A stretch of 62,903 nucleotides of DNA, filler included, from Deltaproteobacteria bacterium (GTDB taxonomy: Bacteria; JAUYMQ01): NCBI GenBank assembly GCA_030698575.1. It is 10 parts of 10 records of this genome, joined end to end, with 100 filler letters (N's around TTAATTAATTAA, not from the genome) between each part and the next. Parts side by side here need not be neighbours in the genome. Positions count along the whole stretch, not along the records: positions 1 to 7,236 come from JAUYMQ010000574.1; positions 7,337 to 15,749 come from JAUYMQ010000576.1; 8 more parts are not named here. The stretch is one strand, 5' to 3'. A program made the translations under genes and the position numbers. The first letter of the stretch is position 1; every line of letters starts with the position of its first letter. Below the pieces are notes generated by a model that was given only the letters and a program-made list of their open reading frames with translations, did not search any database and was not told the origin of the DNA. Below are positions 1 through 9,808 of the stretch, piece after piece.

Positions 1-13
1 CCCTTGATAGATT

Positions 14-31
14 ACTGAATGACCATTCAGT
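14..31. promoter_or_regulatory. Palindromic operator ACTGAATG-AC-CATTCAGT upstream of thiolase (TetR-type candidate)
   Basis: Perfect 8-bp inverted repeat with 2-nt spacer, just after a TTGATA -35-like hexamer (4-9) and about 130 bp upstream of the thiolase start. Confidence 0.6.
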
Positions 32-158
32 CGCATCCGGGCGGCTGGCGTGTATCTTCTAATAACGCCGACGCGTAGAGCACCCAACCCCCAAGCCGGG
101 GCGCGCCGTGCACCCTCCATCGGGGGGCGCGAGCGGCCCTGAACAAGAGGTGAGGAAA

Positions 159-1307
159 ATGGCAGACGCCTACATCATAGACTCGGTACGAACCGCCCGC
201 GGAAAGAGAAAGGGATCATTCGCGCTGATGCATCCAGTCGATGTCGCCGCTGCGCCGCTGCAGGCGCTCGGCGAGCGCAATCCGAAGATCGACGTCCGGG
301 AGATCGAGGATGTGGTCTATGGCTGCGTGACCCAGATAGGCGAGCAGGGCACCGACATCGCCCGCGCGGCGGTTCTGACCGCCGGCTGGCCGATTGACGT
401 CTCGGGTGTGAGCCTCAATCGCTTCTGCGGTTCGGGGCAGCAGGCGTGCAATTTCGCCGCGCAGGCCATCATGAGCGGCACCTTCGATCTGGTCGTCGGC
501 GGCGGCGTCGAGCACATGACGCGAGTCCCCATGGGCGCCGACATGGGTCCCCTCTCGGAGAAGCTCACCGAGTTGTACCCGGATCTCATTCCGCAGGGTC
601 TCTCGGCCGAGATGATCGCCGAGAAGTGGGACATGAGCCGCGAGGAACTCGACCGGTTCGCCTTCGAAAGCCAGATGAAGGCAAAGACCGCCTGGGACGA
701 GAATCGCTTCAAGAAGTCGATCATTCCAGTCAAGGTCCCGACTGAGGGCGGTGGCAACAAGATCTTCGACCGTGACGAGCACATGCGGCCGACCAGCACC
801 CTCGAGGGGCTCGGCAAGCTCCAGCCGAGCTTCAAGCCCGACGGGAGGATGACGGCCGGCAACTCGAGTGGCATCGTGGATGGCGCGGCGGCCGTGCTGA
901 TCGCGAGCGAGAGCTACGTGAAGGAACACGGACTGAAGCCGCGGGCGCGATTCGTTTCGATGTCAGTGGTCGGGACGGATCCCGTCATCATGCTCACCGG
1001 CCCTATCCCTTCCACCCAAAAGGCCCTCAAGAAGGCCGGCCTCAAGCCGGGCGATATCGATCTCTACGAGATCAACGAGGCCTTCGCGCCGGTTCCGCTG
1101 ATCACGATCCGCGAGGTGGGCATCGACCCGTCCCGCGTCAACGTGAACGGCGGCGCCATCGCGCTGGGGCATCCGCTCGGCGCGACGGGGGCGATGCTTC
1201 TCGGCACGCTCGTCGATGAGCTGGAGCGCACCGACAAGCGGTACGGCCTGGCGACGATGTGCATCGGCTTCGGCAGGGGAATCGCGACTATCATCGAGCG
1301 CGTCTGA
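159..1307 (+). CDS. Thiolase (acetyl-CoA C-acyltransferase)
   Basis: NRFCGSG catalytic Cys, [12 protein letters not shown] and C-terminal CIGxG motifs; ATG 159 follows GAGG. Confidence 0.95.
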   Translation: MADAYIIDSVRTARGKRKGSFALMHPVDVAAAPLQALGERNPKIDVREIEDVVYGCVTQIGEQGTDIARAAVLTAGWPIDVSGVSLNRFCGSGQQACNFAAQAIMSGTFDLVVGGGVEHMTRVPMGADMGPLSEKLTELYPDLIPQGLSAEMIAEKWDMSREELDRFAFESQMKAKTAWDENRFKKSIIPVKVPTEGGGNKIFDRDEHMRPTSTLEGLGKLQPSFKPDGRMTAGNSSGIVDGAAAVLIASESYVKEHGLKPRARFVSMSVVGTDPVIMLTGPIPSTQKALKKAGLKPGDIDLYEINEAFAPVPLITIREVGIDPSRVNVNGGAIALGHPLGATGAMLLGTLVDELERTDKRYGLATMCIGFGRGIATIIERV

Positions 1308-1333
1308 TCGCCATGCAGCAACGGTAGATGACA

Positions 1334-1372
1334 GCCGCCGGGCGGGACGCTACCCGTCCGGCGGCGTTCTTT
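1334..1372 (+). terminator. Intrinsic terminator after thiolase
   Basis: GCCGCCGGGCGGG/CCCGTCCGGCGGC stem followed by GTTCTTT. Confidence 0.6.
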
Positions 1373-1476
1373 CGGGCGTAGACAACCGAATGGCGCGTCC
1401 GGTACCAGGGTGATAGCCTGAGCAACGGGCGGCGCTCTCCGGCCGTCGCCGCGACCCGCGATTGCCGAGCCGCCCC

Positions 1477-2412
1477 ATGCCGCGCCATGCCGCCATCGAT
1501 ATCGGGACCAACACCGTATTGCTGTGCGTTGCCGACTGGGACGGGCGGCGGCTGGAGCCCCTTCTCGATCGATCGGTCATCGCCCGCCTGGGCGAGGGGC
1601 TCGAGGCCTCGGGGGTCCTTCGAGAGGAAGCCATGGTCCGCGCGCTGGAGGCGCTGGACGCGCACCTGAAGGCGGCCCGGGCCGAAGGTTGCGAAGTGGT
1701 GGCCGCCATCGGGACCGCGGCGCTTCGCGACGCCGGTAACGCCGATCAATTCGTTGCCGAGGCGAAGCAGCGTTTCGGGCTTGAAATCGAAGTTATATCG
1801 GGCGAGGAAGAAGCCCGCCTCGCCTTCATGGCCGTCGCCCGGGGCCGCGAAGAAGAAGGCGTGCCGGCCGCGGGACGGCGACTGGTGATGGACATCGGGG
1901 GCGGCAGCACGGAGTTCATCCAGGGCGAGGGGCAGAGCGTTCGAGCCCTCCGTAGTCTGCCGCTTGGTTCGGTGCGTCTCACCGAGCGATTCCTCCGGGG
2001 CGATCCGGTCAAGCCCGGCGAACTCGCTGCGTTGCGAGAAGCCGTGCGCGAGGGCCTCGCGGTCCTTCCGGCCGGCGAGGGCGGGGGCGCTGAGATGGTG
2101 GGCGTCGCCGGGACGAACACGACGCTTGCCGCGATGAAGCGCCGCCTCCCGCGCTACGACGCCGCTGCCATCCGGAAAACCCGGCTCACGCGAGTTGATC
2201 TGGATGCGCTCATCGGAATCCTGGCAGAGCGCACCGTGGCCGAGCGCAGGCAACTGCCGGGCCTCGAGCCGGGACGAGCAGACGTGATTCTCGCTGGGGC
2301 CGTGATCGCCCGTGAGGCGATGGGGCATCTGGGTTTCGAGGAAATGGGAGTTTCGGACAGAGGCGTGCGCCACGGCGCGATCTACCGACTTCTGGAGAGG
2401 CTGCAAGCGTGA
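1477..2412 (+). CDS. ppx: Ppx/GppA family exopolyphosphatase (short form)
   Basis: [31 protein letters not shown] and RADVI motifs. Confidence 0.9.
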   Translation: MPRHAAIDIGTNTVLLCVADWDGRRLEPLLDRSVIARLGEGLEASGVLREEAMVRALEALDAHLKAARAEGCEVVAAIGTAALRDAGNADQFVAEAKQRFGLEIEVISGEEEARLAFMAVARGREEEGVPAAGRRLVMDIGGGSTEFIQGEGQSVRALRSLPLGSVRLTERFLRGDPVKPGELAALREAVREGLAVLPAGEGGGAEMVGVAGTNTTLAAMKRRLPRYDAAAIRKTRLTRVDLDALIGILAERTVAERRQLPGLEPGRADVILAGAVIAREAMGHLGFEEMGVSDRGVRHGAIYRLLERLQA

Positions 2413-2495
2413 GGCACGGCCGGCGGCCGCCGGCGGACCATAACGGGCGATGCGGGAGGCGGGCGGCTGCACCCGGCGCTGGGAGAGGAGATGTC

Positions 2496-3662
2496 ATGAA
2501 CTTTGCGATTCCCGAAGAGATGAAGATGGTGCTCGACGCGCACCGGAAGTACGTCGAGCAGGAACTGCTCCCGCTCGAGCGCCAGCACGGGATCGAGAAG
2601 CGTGATCCGGACGAGGAGCTTCCTCGCGAGCTGGTCGAGCCCGTCATCCGCCGGTCGGGCGAGCTGGGCTTCTACGGAATTCACATGCCCGAGGACGTCG
2701 GCGGCGGAGGCATGGACAACGTCGGCGTCACGCTTCTCCGGGAGCAGGCCTTCTCCTTCGGCTCGGCGCTTGCGGCGGCCAGCGTGGCCGGTCCGGAGGG
2801 CCCGAGTCTCATCCTCGTGGACGCCAACGAGGAGCAGAAGAAGAAGTTCGTGGAGCCTCTGGTCCGGGGAGAGATCACGACGGCCTTCGCGCTGACGGAG
2901 CCGGGGGCGGGATCCGACGCGCAGTCGATCCGCACGCGGGCGGTGCGCGACGGCGATCACTACGTGCTGAACGGCCAGAAGGTCTTCATCACCAACGGTG
3001 CCCACGCCGCCTTCGCCATCGTCTTCGCGGTCACGAATCCGGAGCTGAAGGGGCGCGGGGGGATCTCGGTCTTCCTGGTCGAGAAAGGCACGCCCGGCTT
3101 CCGCGTGGGACGCAAGAATGTCGGGATGATCGGCGGCACGTCGCAGGTGGAGCTAATTTTCGAGGATTGCCGGGTGCCGGCCGCGAACCTCCTGGGGCAG
3201 GAAGGCTTCGCATTTGTGACCGCCATGCGCTTTCTCGGCGCCGGCCGGCTCTCCATCTCTGCGATGTGCCTTGGCATCGCGCAGCATCTCATCAATCGCA
3301 GTCTGGACTACGCCAAGCAGCGTGAGACCTTCGGCCGTCCCATCGCCGAACGGCAGGCCATCCAGTGGATGCTGGCCGAGATGGCGACCGAGCTGTACGC
3401 CGCCAAGAACATGACCTACCACGCCGCCTGGAAGTGCGATCAGGGCGATCCAATCGTCCGCGAGTCATCGATGTGCAAGCTCTACACCACCGAGATGGTG
3501 AACCGCGTGGCCGATCATGCCGTCCAGATACACGGCGGCATGGGATGGATGCGGGAGCTGGACATCGAGCGGTACTACCGGCTGGTGCGTATGCTCAGGA
3601 TTGTCGAGGGCACCTCGGAGATCCAGAAGATGATCATCGCGCGGTCGCTCCTGGCGGAGTAG
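2496..3662 (+). CDS. Acyl-CoA dehydrogenase
   Basis: FALTEPGAGSD, LNGQKVFITNG, QIHGGMG and EGTSEIQ motifs; ATG 2496 after GGAGAGGAG. Confidence 0.95.
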   Translation: MNFAIPEEMKMVLDAHRKYVEQELLPLERQHGIEKRDPDEELPRELVEPVIRRSGELGFYGIHMPEDVGGGGMDNVGVTLLREQAFSFGSALAAASVAGPEGPSLILVDANEEQKKKFVEPLVRGEITTAFALTEPGAGSDAQSIRTRAVRDGDHYVLNGQKVFITNGAHAAFAIVFAVTNPELKGRGGISVFLVEKGTPGFRVGRKNVGMIGGTSQVELIFEDCRVPAANLLGQEGFAFVTAMRFLGAGRLSISAMCLGIAQHLINRSLDYAKQRETFGRPIAERQAIQWMLAEMATELYAAKNMTYHAAWKCDQGDPIVRESSMCKLYTTEMVNRVADHAVQIHGGMGWMRELDIERYYRLVRMLRIVEGTSEIQKMIIARSLLAE

Positions 3663-3725
3663 CTCCCGGGCCCGGCGCCTTCTCGCGGAGCGAAGGCCGG
3701 GCCAACATGGTATGGCGCCGACGAG

Positions 3726-5558
3726 ATGCTGAAAGGCCCCGTCCCCTACGTCCTGCTCGCTTTCCTGACGGTAGGCGCCTATCTCCCCGCGCTCTCCGCC
3801 GGCTACACGAACTGGGACGATCCACCCGCCGTCATCGACAACCCGCTCGTCGCCTCGCTCACCCCCGCGAACGTCGCGGGAATGTTCTACGGGCCCCACG
3901 CGATCGTCGTGGGTCTCTACGCTCCGCTCACACAACTGAGCTTCGCTCTCGACAGGGCCATCCTGGGACCGGGCCCCGCCGGACACCATGTGGTGAACGT
4001 CCTGTTGCACGCCGGGGCGGGACTGCTGCTGTTCGCCTTCATGCGGCGCTACCTGCGGGACTCAGCGGCGGCGCTGCTCGGGGCAGCGGTGTTTCTCGTC
4101 CACCCGGCCCAGGTGGAGAGCGTGGCCTGGATCGCCGAGCGGAAATCGGTCCTCTCGGGGCTCTTCATTTTCGCCGCGCTCCTGGCCTACATTCGCCGGA
4201 CCCGGCCCGGCCCGCGCTCCTTCGCGCTCCGCGAGGAGTGGCCCTCACTCGCCTTCACCCTGCTCGCGCTGCTTTCGAAGCCTGTCGCGGTCGTGCTGCC
4301 GCCGATCCTGGCTGCGCTCGATCTCACGCGTTCCCCTGAGGAGGGCCGCGTCGAGAGGGACTGGCTGTTCGGCCGCACGGTCATGCGCGCGCTACTGTCG
4401 AAGTGGCCCTACTTTCTCCTCGCCGGCGCCGCGTCGGTCGCCACGCTCTGGGGGCATGCGCACCAGGGCGGGTTCAATGCACCGTCGCGGGCATTCGTGC
4501 CCACCCTGGCCACGGCCCTCTCGGTCGTCCCCGAGTATGCGCGGATTGCGCTCTGGCCCACAAACCTTTCCGCGCACCGGGTTGTCGCCGAGCAGGCGAG
4601 CGTGTTCGACCCGGCGGCGCTGTTCGGCCTCCTCGTGTTGCTGGGTGCGGGAGTGCTCGCGTACCGGCTGGCCCGATCCTCGCGCGTGGCACCGTTCTTC
4701 ACCGTCTGGGTCGCCGCGGCCTTCCTTCCCGTGTCGAATATCATTCCGCTCGATGTGTACATCGCCGAGCGATACCTGTACCTGCCACTCGCGGCGCTGG
4801 GTGCGGGCGCGGCCTCATGGCTCGTCCCCTGGGCGCAGCGCCGGGGCGCAGCGCGCCGGCAGGCTGCGACGGCCGCCGCCTGCGCCGTCATCGTCCTCCT
4901 CACGGGGCTGGCTTTCGATCGCGCCAGGGTATGGCGCGACAGCAGGACGCTCTGGACGGACACGCTCGCCAAGTCACCCACCTCGGCGAAAGCTCACGTC
5001 AATCTCGGGCTGGTAGTCATGGAGGGGGGCGATCCGGAAGGCGCGGCGGCGCATTTCAGCGAAGCCGTCAGGCTGGAGGGACTCGCGGACGCCTGGCTCA
5101 ATCTCGGGATCGCGCTGTCGCGGCAGGAGCGACCCGAAGAGGCCCTGCGCGCCTTCGAGGCTGCCAGGGGCGTATCGCGGGATCTGCCGGACGTTGATTA
5201 CTGGCGCGGGCGAATGCTGAGGTCGCTCGGAAACGGCGTGGCCGCCGAGGCGGCCTATCTCGAGGAGATAGCCCGGCGTCCGGCGTTCACGCCGGCGTGG
5301 ATCGACCTGTCGCTGGTCCAGGCGGGGCAGGGCAGGGTCCAGGACGCCCTCGTTTCGATCGAGCGCGCGGTGGCGATCGATCCGGGCAACCCGGAGGCGC
5401 TGTTCAACCTCGGGTTGCTGCGCCTGCATGTGGCGGGGGACCGGGCCGGCGCCCGGGAGGCGTTCACGCGTTGCATCGAGAGAGCGGGCGCGTCGGATCT
5501 GGGAAGGAAGGCAAAGGGGTTCTTGCAGAACATGGATGCATCGGAGGGCGCGCGCTAG
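3726..5558 (+). CDS. TMTC-like membrane GT-C glycosyltransferase with C-terminal TPR repeats
   Basis: Early WDD motif, HPxxVESVAWIAERK, AERYLYLP, multiple TM segments, then TPR repeats. Confidence 0.8.
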   Translation: MLKGPVPYVLLAFLTVGAYLPALSAGYTNWDDPPAVIDNPLVASLTPANVAGMFYGPHAIVVGLYAPLTQLSFALDRAILGPGPAGHHVVNVLLHAGAGLLLFAFMRRYLRDSAAALLGAAVFLVHPAQVESVAWIAERKSVLSGLFIFAALLAYIRRTRPGPRSFALREEWPSLAFTLLALLSKPVAVVLPPILAALDLTRSPEEGRVERDWLFGRTVMRALLSKWPYFLLAGAASVATLWGHAHQGGFNAPSRAFVPTLATALSVVPEYARIALWPTNLSAHRVVAEQASVFDPAALFGLLVLLGAGVLAYRLARSSRVAPFFTVWVAAAFLPVSNIIPLDVYIAERYLYLPLAALGAGAASWLVPWAQRRGAARRQAATAAACAVIVLLTGLAFDRARVWRDSRTLWTDTLAKSPTSAKAHVNLGLVVMEGGDPEGAAAHFSEAVRLEGLADAWLNLGIALSRQERPEEALRAFEAARGVSRDLPDVDYWRGRMLRSLGNGVAAEAAYLEEIARRPAFTPAWIDLSLVQAGQGRVQDALVSIERAVAIDPGNPEALFNLGLLRLHVAGDRAGAREAFTRCIERAGASDLGRKAKGFLQNMDASEGAR

Positions 5559-5591
5559 ACGGCGTGCCGGTCCGCCAGGGCGGCGGATCCG

Positions 5592-6053
5592 TCAGGCGCC
5601 GAGCCCATCCAGCACGCTCAGCAGCTCAGCGTCGTTCGGCCGCATGATCGAGAGGGGTTCGACGTCCTTGTGCCGGACGGCGCCCTCCTTGTCGATGATG
5701 AAAGTGGCGCGGCGGCTGTGAAGGCCGAGGGGGCCCATGACGCCGTAGGCCCGGGCAACCTCCTTCTTGTCGTCGGCGAGGATGGGAAAGTTCAGGCCGA
5801 GCTTGGTCGAGAACTTCTGCTTCGAAGCCTGCGGTTGCACGCTCACTCCGAGCACCTGCGCGTTCTTCGACTGAAACTTCGACAGATCGTCGCGAAAGGA
5901 ACAGAGCTCTTTGGTGCAAACGGGCGTGAAATCGGCCGGGTAGAAGGCCAGGACCACGTTCTTCTTCCCCCTGTAATCCGAAAGCCTGACCTTTTTCCCG
6001 TCCTGATCGGCCAGTTCGAAATCGGGCGCCTTCTGACCCACCTCGACGCTCAT
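5592..6053 (-). CDS. Peroxiredoxin (BCP/AhpE-like)
   Basis: [24 protein letters not shown] and [10 protein letters not shown] motifs. Confidence 0.9.
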   Translation of the reverse strand: MSVEVGQKAPDFELADQDGKKVRLSDYRGKKNVVLAFYPADFTPVCTKELCSFRDDLSKFQSKNAQVLGVSVQPQASKQKFSTKLGLNFPILADDKKEVARAYGVMGPLGLHSRRATFIIDKEGAVRHKDVEPLSIMRPNDAELLSVLDGLGA

Positions 6054-6080
6054 ACGCGTGCCTCCAGTCTGCCTGCTGAG

Positions 6081-6383
6081 TTAGTCGTCGTCCTCGAGGT
6101 CATCGTTGTCGTCTTCGTCGTCGAAATCATCATCGTCGTCGAAGTCGTCATCGTCGAAGTCTTCGAAATCATCGTCGTCCCCGTCTGACGCGGACTCGTC
6201 TGACGCGTCGCTCTCCTCGTCGTCATCCTCGGCCTCGTCGTCGTCCTCGGGCTCGTCGGGGTCATTTCCCTCGTCGATGTCGGGGTCAATTTCCTCGCTC
6301 GAGCAGAAGGGACAGCTCGCGATATCGCTCTCCCGCTCGTCCATGTAGAAACGTTTGTGGCAGTCGCCGCAGTAGTAATTCAT
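6081..6383 (-). CDS. Small zinc-ribbon protein with extreme acidic tail
   Basis: CGDC-x15-CPFC followed by a 71-aa tail of about 70% D/E; co-oriented upstream of the peroxiredoxin. Confidence 0.75.
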   Translation of the reverse strand: MNYYCGDCHKRFYMDERESDIASCPFCSSEEIDPDIDEGNDPDEPEDDDEAEDDDEESDASDESASDGDDDDFEDFDDDDFDDDDDFDDEDDNDDLEDDD

Positions 6384-6643
6384 GATGCGCCTGTCGGACG
6401 AACCGCTCTCGGAGCTTCGAGGTTCGGATGGGAGTCTTTACGCCCCCGGTCGCGAAACCATACTAGGGCGGCGATCCGGCGGGTGTCAACGGACGAATGC
6501 CCCGCGCCGTGCGAACAACCGCTCTCTCTTGACACTTCGGCCGGTGCTGGCCATCATCCCTGCCTCGCATGAACGGGCGGTTTCCGAGGGGGGAGGGCCA
6601 GGCCCGGAGGCGCGGATGAATCCTCTCCCTGGAGACGGGCGGC

Positions 6644-7236
6644 ATGTCGGATTTCTACATTGCGACCGCTATCTTCATCGCGGTCTACGTCTTCATCGTC
6701 ATCGAGAAGTGGCACAAGACAGTGATCGCCCTCGCAGGGGCGAGCCTGGTCCTGTTCTTCAAGATCGTCTCGCAGCACGAGGCGTTCCAGACGGTGGAGT
6801 TCGGTGTCGACTGGAACGTGATCATCCTGCTCGTCAGCATGATGATCATCATCAGTATCATGCGGGAGACCGGGGCATTTCAGTGGACCGCCATCAAGAG
6901 CGCCAAGCTGGCCAAGGCCCGTCCCTTCCGGATCATGATAATCCTGTGCGCCGTGACCGCGGTGCTGAGCGCCCTCCTCGATAACGTCACGACGGTTCTT
7001 CTTCTGGCGCCGGTGACCATCCTCCTTGCGACGCAGCTAGAGATCGATCCCGTCCCCTTCCTGATCGCCGAGGCGCTCTCGTCGAACATCGGCGGCACGG
7101 CCACTCTCATCGGCGATCCTCCCAACATCATGATCGCCAGCCGCGCGCAGCTGACTTTCAACCAGTTCCTGTTCAATCTTGGACCCATCATCGTCGTGAT
7201 CCTCATCGTTTTCATGCTTACGCTTCGCCTGATCTG
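6644..7236 (+). CDS. ArsB/NhaD (CitMHS/P-protein) family transporter, 3' truncated by contig end
   Basis: VDWNVIILL, SALLDNVTTVLL and SNIGGTATLIGDPPNIMI motifs. Confidence 0.88.
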
Positions 7237-7336
7237 NNNNNNNNNNNNNNNNNNNNNNNNNNNNNNNNNNNNNNNNNNNNTTAATTAATTAANNNNNNNN
7301 NNNNNNNNNNNNNNNNNNNNNNNNNNNNNNNNNNNN
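7237..7336. other. Artificial contig spacer (first of nine identical spacers)
   Basis: N44-TTAATTAATTAA-N44, stop codons in all six frames; recurs at 15750, 26594, 37321, 42411, 50501, 53310, 56065 and 59842. Confidence 0.99.
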
Positions 7337-7338
7337 GG

Positions 7339-8772
7339 CGCTACCGGACGCAGCGGCTGGGCGCGAACCTCGAGATACGAATCGGCAATCCGGACGCCTA
7401 TGTCACCGGGCTGCATGTCTACCGGATCGTCTACCGGGTGAAGCGCGCCGTCCTCTACTTCGAGGATCACGACGAGATCTACTGGAACGCCACGGGAAGC
7501 GAGTGGCCGGTGGGAATCGCCTCCGCCTCGGCCCGAGTCGTGCTTCCGGCCGGCGCGAGCGGTGAGAACGCCAACCCCGCCTGCTACACGGGGCCCCAGG
7601 GCGATACCGCGACGGATTGCAGCGCGGTCGCCGAGGGCGGATCGGTTCTCTTCCGGAGCACGCGGCCGCTGGGCCCGCAGGAGGGAATGACGGTCGCCGT
7701 CGGGATTGCGAAGGGCATCCTGATGCAGCCCACGAAACTCTCGCGCTTCCTCGACCGCGTGGGAGACGCGGTGAGCGCCTGGATTCTCATCCCCTTCGCG
7801 GTACTGACCGGCATGATCCATTTCTGGCGGACCCGCGGGCGCGATCCGGCCGGGGGTGAGGCCCTTCCTGTCCGGTACGAGCCGCCCGACGATCTCCGTC
7901 CGGCGGAAGTCGGCACGATCCTGGACGAGCGGGCGAATCTTGAAGATCTCACGGCGACGATCCTGGATCTCGCCGTGCGGGATCGCCTCGAGATCGAAGA
8001 AATAGCGGAGACGAAGTTCCTTTTCTTCTCCTCGAAGGACTACCGGCTGCACAAGCGCGGCACGGACGACGCGGATCTGCGCCCCTTCGAGCGGAAGATG
8101 ATCACCGCCCTGTTCGGCGGCAAGAAGAGTGTTCTCGTCTCGTCGCTCCGGAACGAGTTCTACAAGGACCTTCCCGAGATCAAGAAGGCTCTCTACAGCG
8201 GGCTCTCGGGCCGGGGGAAGTACTTTCCCGCGTCTCCGGACAGCGTGCGCCTCCGCTACTTCATCATCGGCGTCGTCGTCGCGGCCGTGGGCTTCATCCT
8301 GATCGGCCCCGCCGGGATCGGCTTCGCGCCGGGAGTGAGCGTTTTCCTCGCGGGGGTGGTCATCGCCGCCTTCGCGCCCTTCATGCCCCGGCGGACCGCG
8401 CTCGGTCGCCGGGCGGAGGAGGAGATCAGGGGCTTCAAGGAGTTCGTCGAGCGGGTGGACGCGGAGCGGCTCGATCGGATGGGCGGCCGCACCGCGGAGC
8501 GGTTCGAGCGGATTCTTCCCTACGCGATCGTGCTGGGCATGGCGGACGCCTGGGCCGGCGCGTTCGCGGACATCTACAGGGAGCCTCCCCGCTGGTATCG
8601 AGGTTACGGCGCGCAGTCCTTCCACCCAGGCACCTTCGTGAGTGACGTCGGCCAGTCGATGAAGACCATCGGATCGACGATGGCGTCGTCTCCCCGCGGC
8701 TCCGGCGGCGGCTCGGGCGGGGGCGGCTCGAGCGGTGGCGGGTTCGGCGGCGGCGGCGGCGGGAGCTGGTAG
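7339..8772 (+). CDS. DUF2207 family membrane protein, 5' truncated
   Basis: Frame open from contig start; EIYWNATGSEW, LRPAEVG, ATILDLAVR, FERILPYAIVLG and terminal GGGFGGGGGGSW. Confidence 0.88.
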   Translation, partial: RYRTQRLGANLEIRIGNPDAYVTGLHVYRIVYRVKRAVLYFEDHDEIYWNATGSEWPVGIASASARVVLPAGASGENANPACYTGPQGDTATDCSAVAEGGSVLFRSTRPLGPQEGMTVAVGIAKGILMQPTKLSRFLDRVGDAVSAWILIPFAVLTGMIHFWRTRGRDPAGGEALPVRYEPPDDLRPAEVGTILDERANLEDLTATILDLAVRDRLEIEEIAETKFLFFSSKDYRLHKRGTDDADLRPFERKMITALFGGKKSVLVSSLRNEFYKDLPEIKKALYSGLSGRGKYFPASPDSVRLRYFIIGVVVAAVGFILIGPAGIGFAPGVSVFLAGVVIAAFAPFMPRRTALGRRAEEEIRGFKEFVERVDAERLDRMGGRTAERFERILPYAIVLGMADAWAGAFADIYREPPRWYRGYGAQSFHPGTFVSDVGQSMKTIGSTMASSPRGSGGGSGGGGSSGGGFGGGGGGSW

Positions 8773-8851
8773 CCGGCTGTGCTATCCTGACCTCGCATGA
8801 TATCGCTCACGCGAATCGGCCGCGCACCCACCCCGAGACGCCGGAATACCC

Positions 8852-9808
8852 ATGCCCGACTCTGAGATACGGCCCCTGCGCCGATCCCTTCTCTTCGTGC
8901 CAGGGGGCGAGCCGCGCAAGCTCGACAAGGCCTGCCAGACCGGCGCGGACGCCCTGATTCTCGATCTCGAAGACGCAGTAGCCCCCGAGGCGAAGGATCG
9001 CGCGCGGGAGCTCATCGCAGCCGCGTTGAAGGGCGGGAGCTTCGGCAGGATGGAGATCGTCCTTCGCGTCAACGCGCCCGGGACGCCCTGGTTCGCGGCC
9101 GACGTCGAAGCGGCCGTCACCGCCGGGGCCCGGACGATCATGCTACCCAAGGTCGAGGGTGTGACGGTGATCGAGAGCGTTTCGGCGACGCTCGACAGGC
9201 TCGAGCAACGGGACGGTGCCGGCGGAAACGCCCTGGTCGCCCCCCCTCTGTCATTGATCGCGCTGGTGGAATCCCCCGCCGGAATCGTCTGCGCCTCTTC
9301 GCTCGGCGATGCGTCGCCCCGCCTCGATGCCCTCTGCTTCGGCCACGTGGACTTCTCGCGGGAGATGGGGATCGAGACGGCGGATGCCGCGAAAGGGATC
9401 GCCTATCATGCGCGCTGCACGCTGGCGATCGCCGCGCGGGCATCGGGCCTGACACCCATCGACACGGTTTTCCTTGACGTTCGTGATGAGAAAGGTTTTC
9501 GGGAGGACGCCGCGATGGGCGTCGGCCTGGGCTTCGAGGGAAAGCTCTGCATTCATCCCGCCCAGGTGAAGATCGTGAACGAACTGATGACCCCCACGCC
9601 GGAGCAGGTTTCCCGGGCGCGCCGCGTGCTTGCGGCCTGGGAGACGGCGCGCGCGGAGGGGCGAGGCGTGTTCGCTCTCGACGGGAGGATGATCGACGCG
9701 CCGGTGATCTCGCAGCACTCACGCATCCTCGATCGTGCCCGCCGCGCGGGCCTGCTGGAGGATCAGGGTGCCGCGGAAGAAGGCCGAAGGAAAGACGATG
9801 CCCGCTGA
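8852..9808 (+). CDS. CitE/HpcH-family CoA-ester lyase
   Basis: RRSLLFVPG, LDLEDAVAP, GFEGKLCIHPAQV and DGRMIDAP motifs. Confidence 0.9.
   Translation: MPDSEIRPLRRSLLFVPGGEPRKLDKACQTGADALILDLEDAVAPEAKDRARELIAAALKGGSFGRMEIVLRVNAPGTPWFAADVEAAVTAGARTIMLPKVEGVTVIESVSATLDRLEQRDGAGGNALVAPPLSLIALVESPAGIVCASSLGDASPRLDALCFGHVDFSREMGIETADAAKGIAYHARCTLAIAARASGLTPIDTVFLDVRDEKGFREDAAMGVGLGFEGKLCIHPAQVKIVNELMTPTPEQVSRARRVLAAWETARAEGRGVFALDGRMIDAPVISQHSRILDRARRAGLLEDQGAAEEGRRKDDAR

Noticed and set aside
6644-7236. ArsB-like transporter as part of the arsenic system with arsM
   Set aside because: On a different contig, and the motifs fit the broad NhaD/P-protein group rather than ArsB specifically
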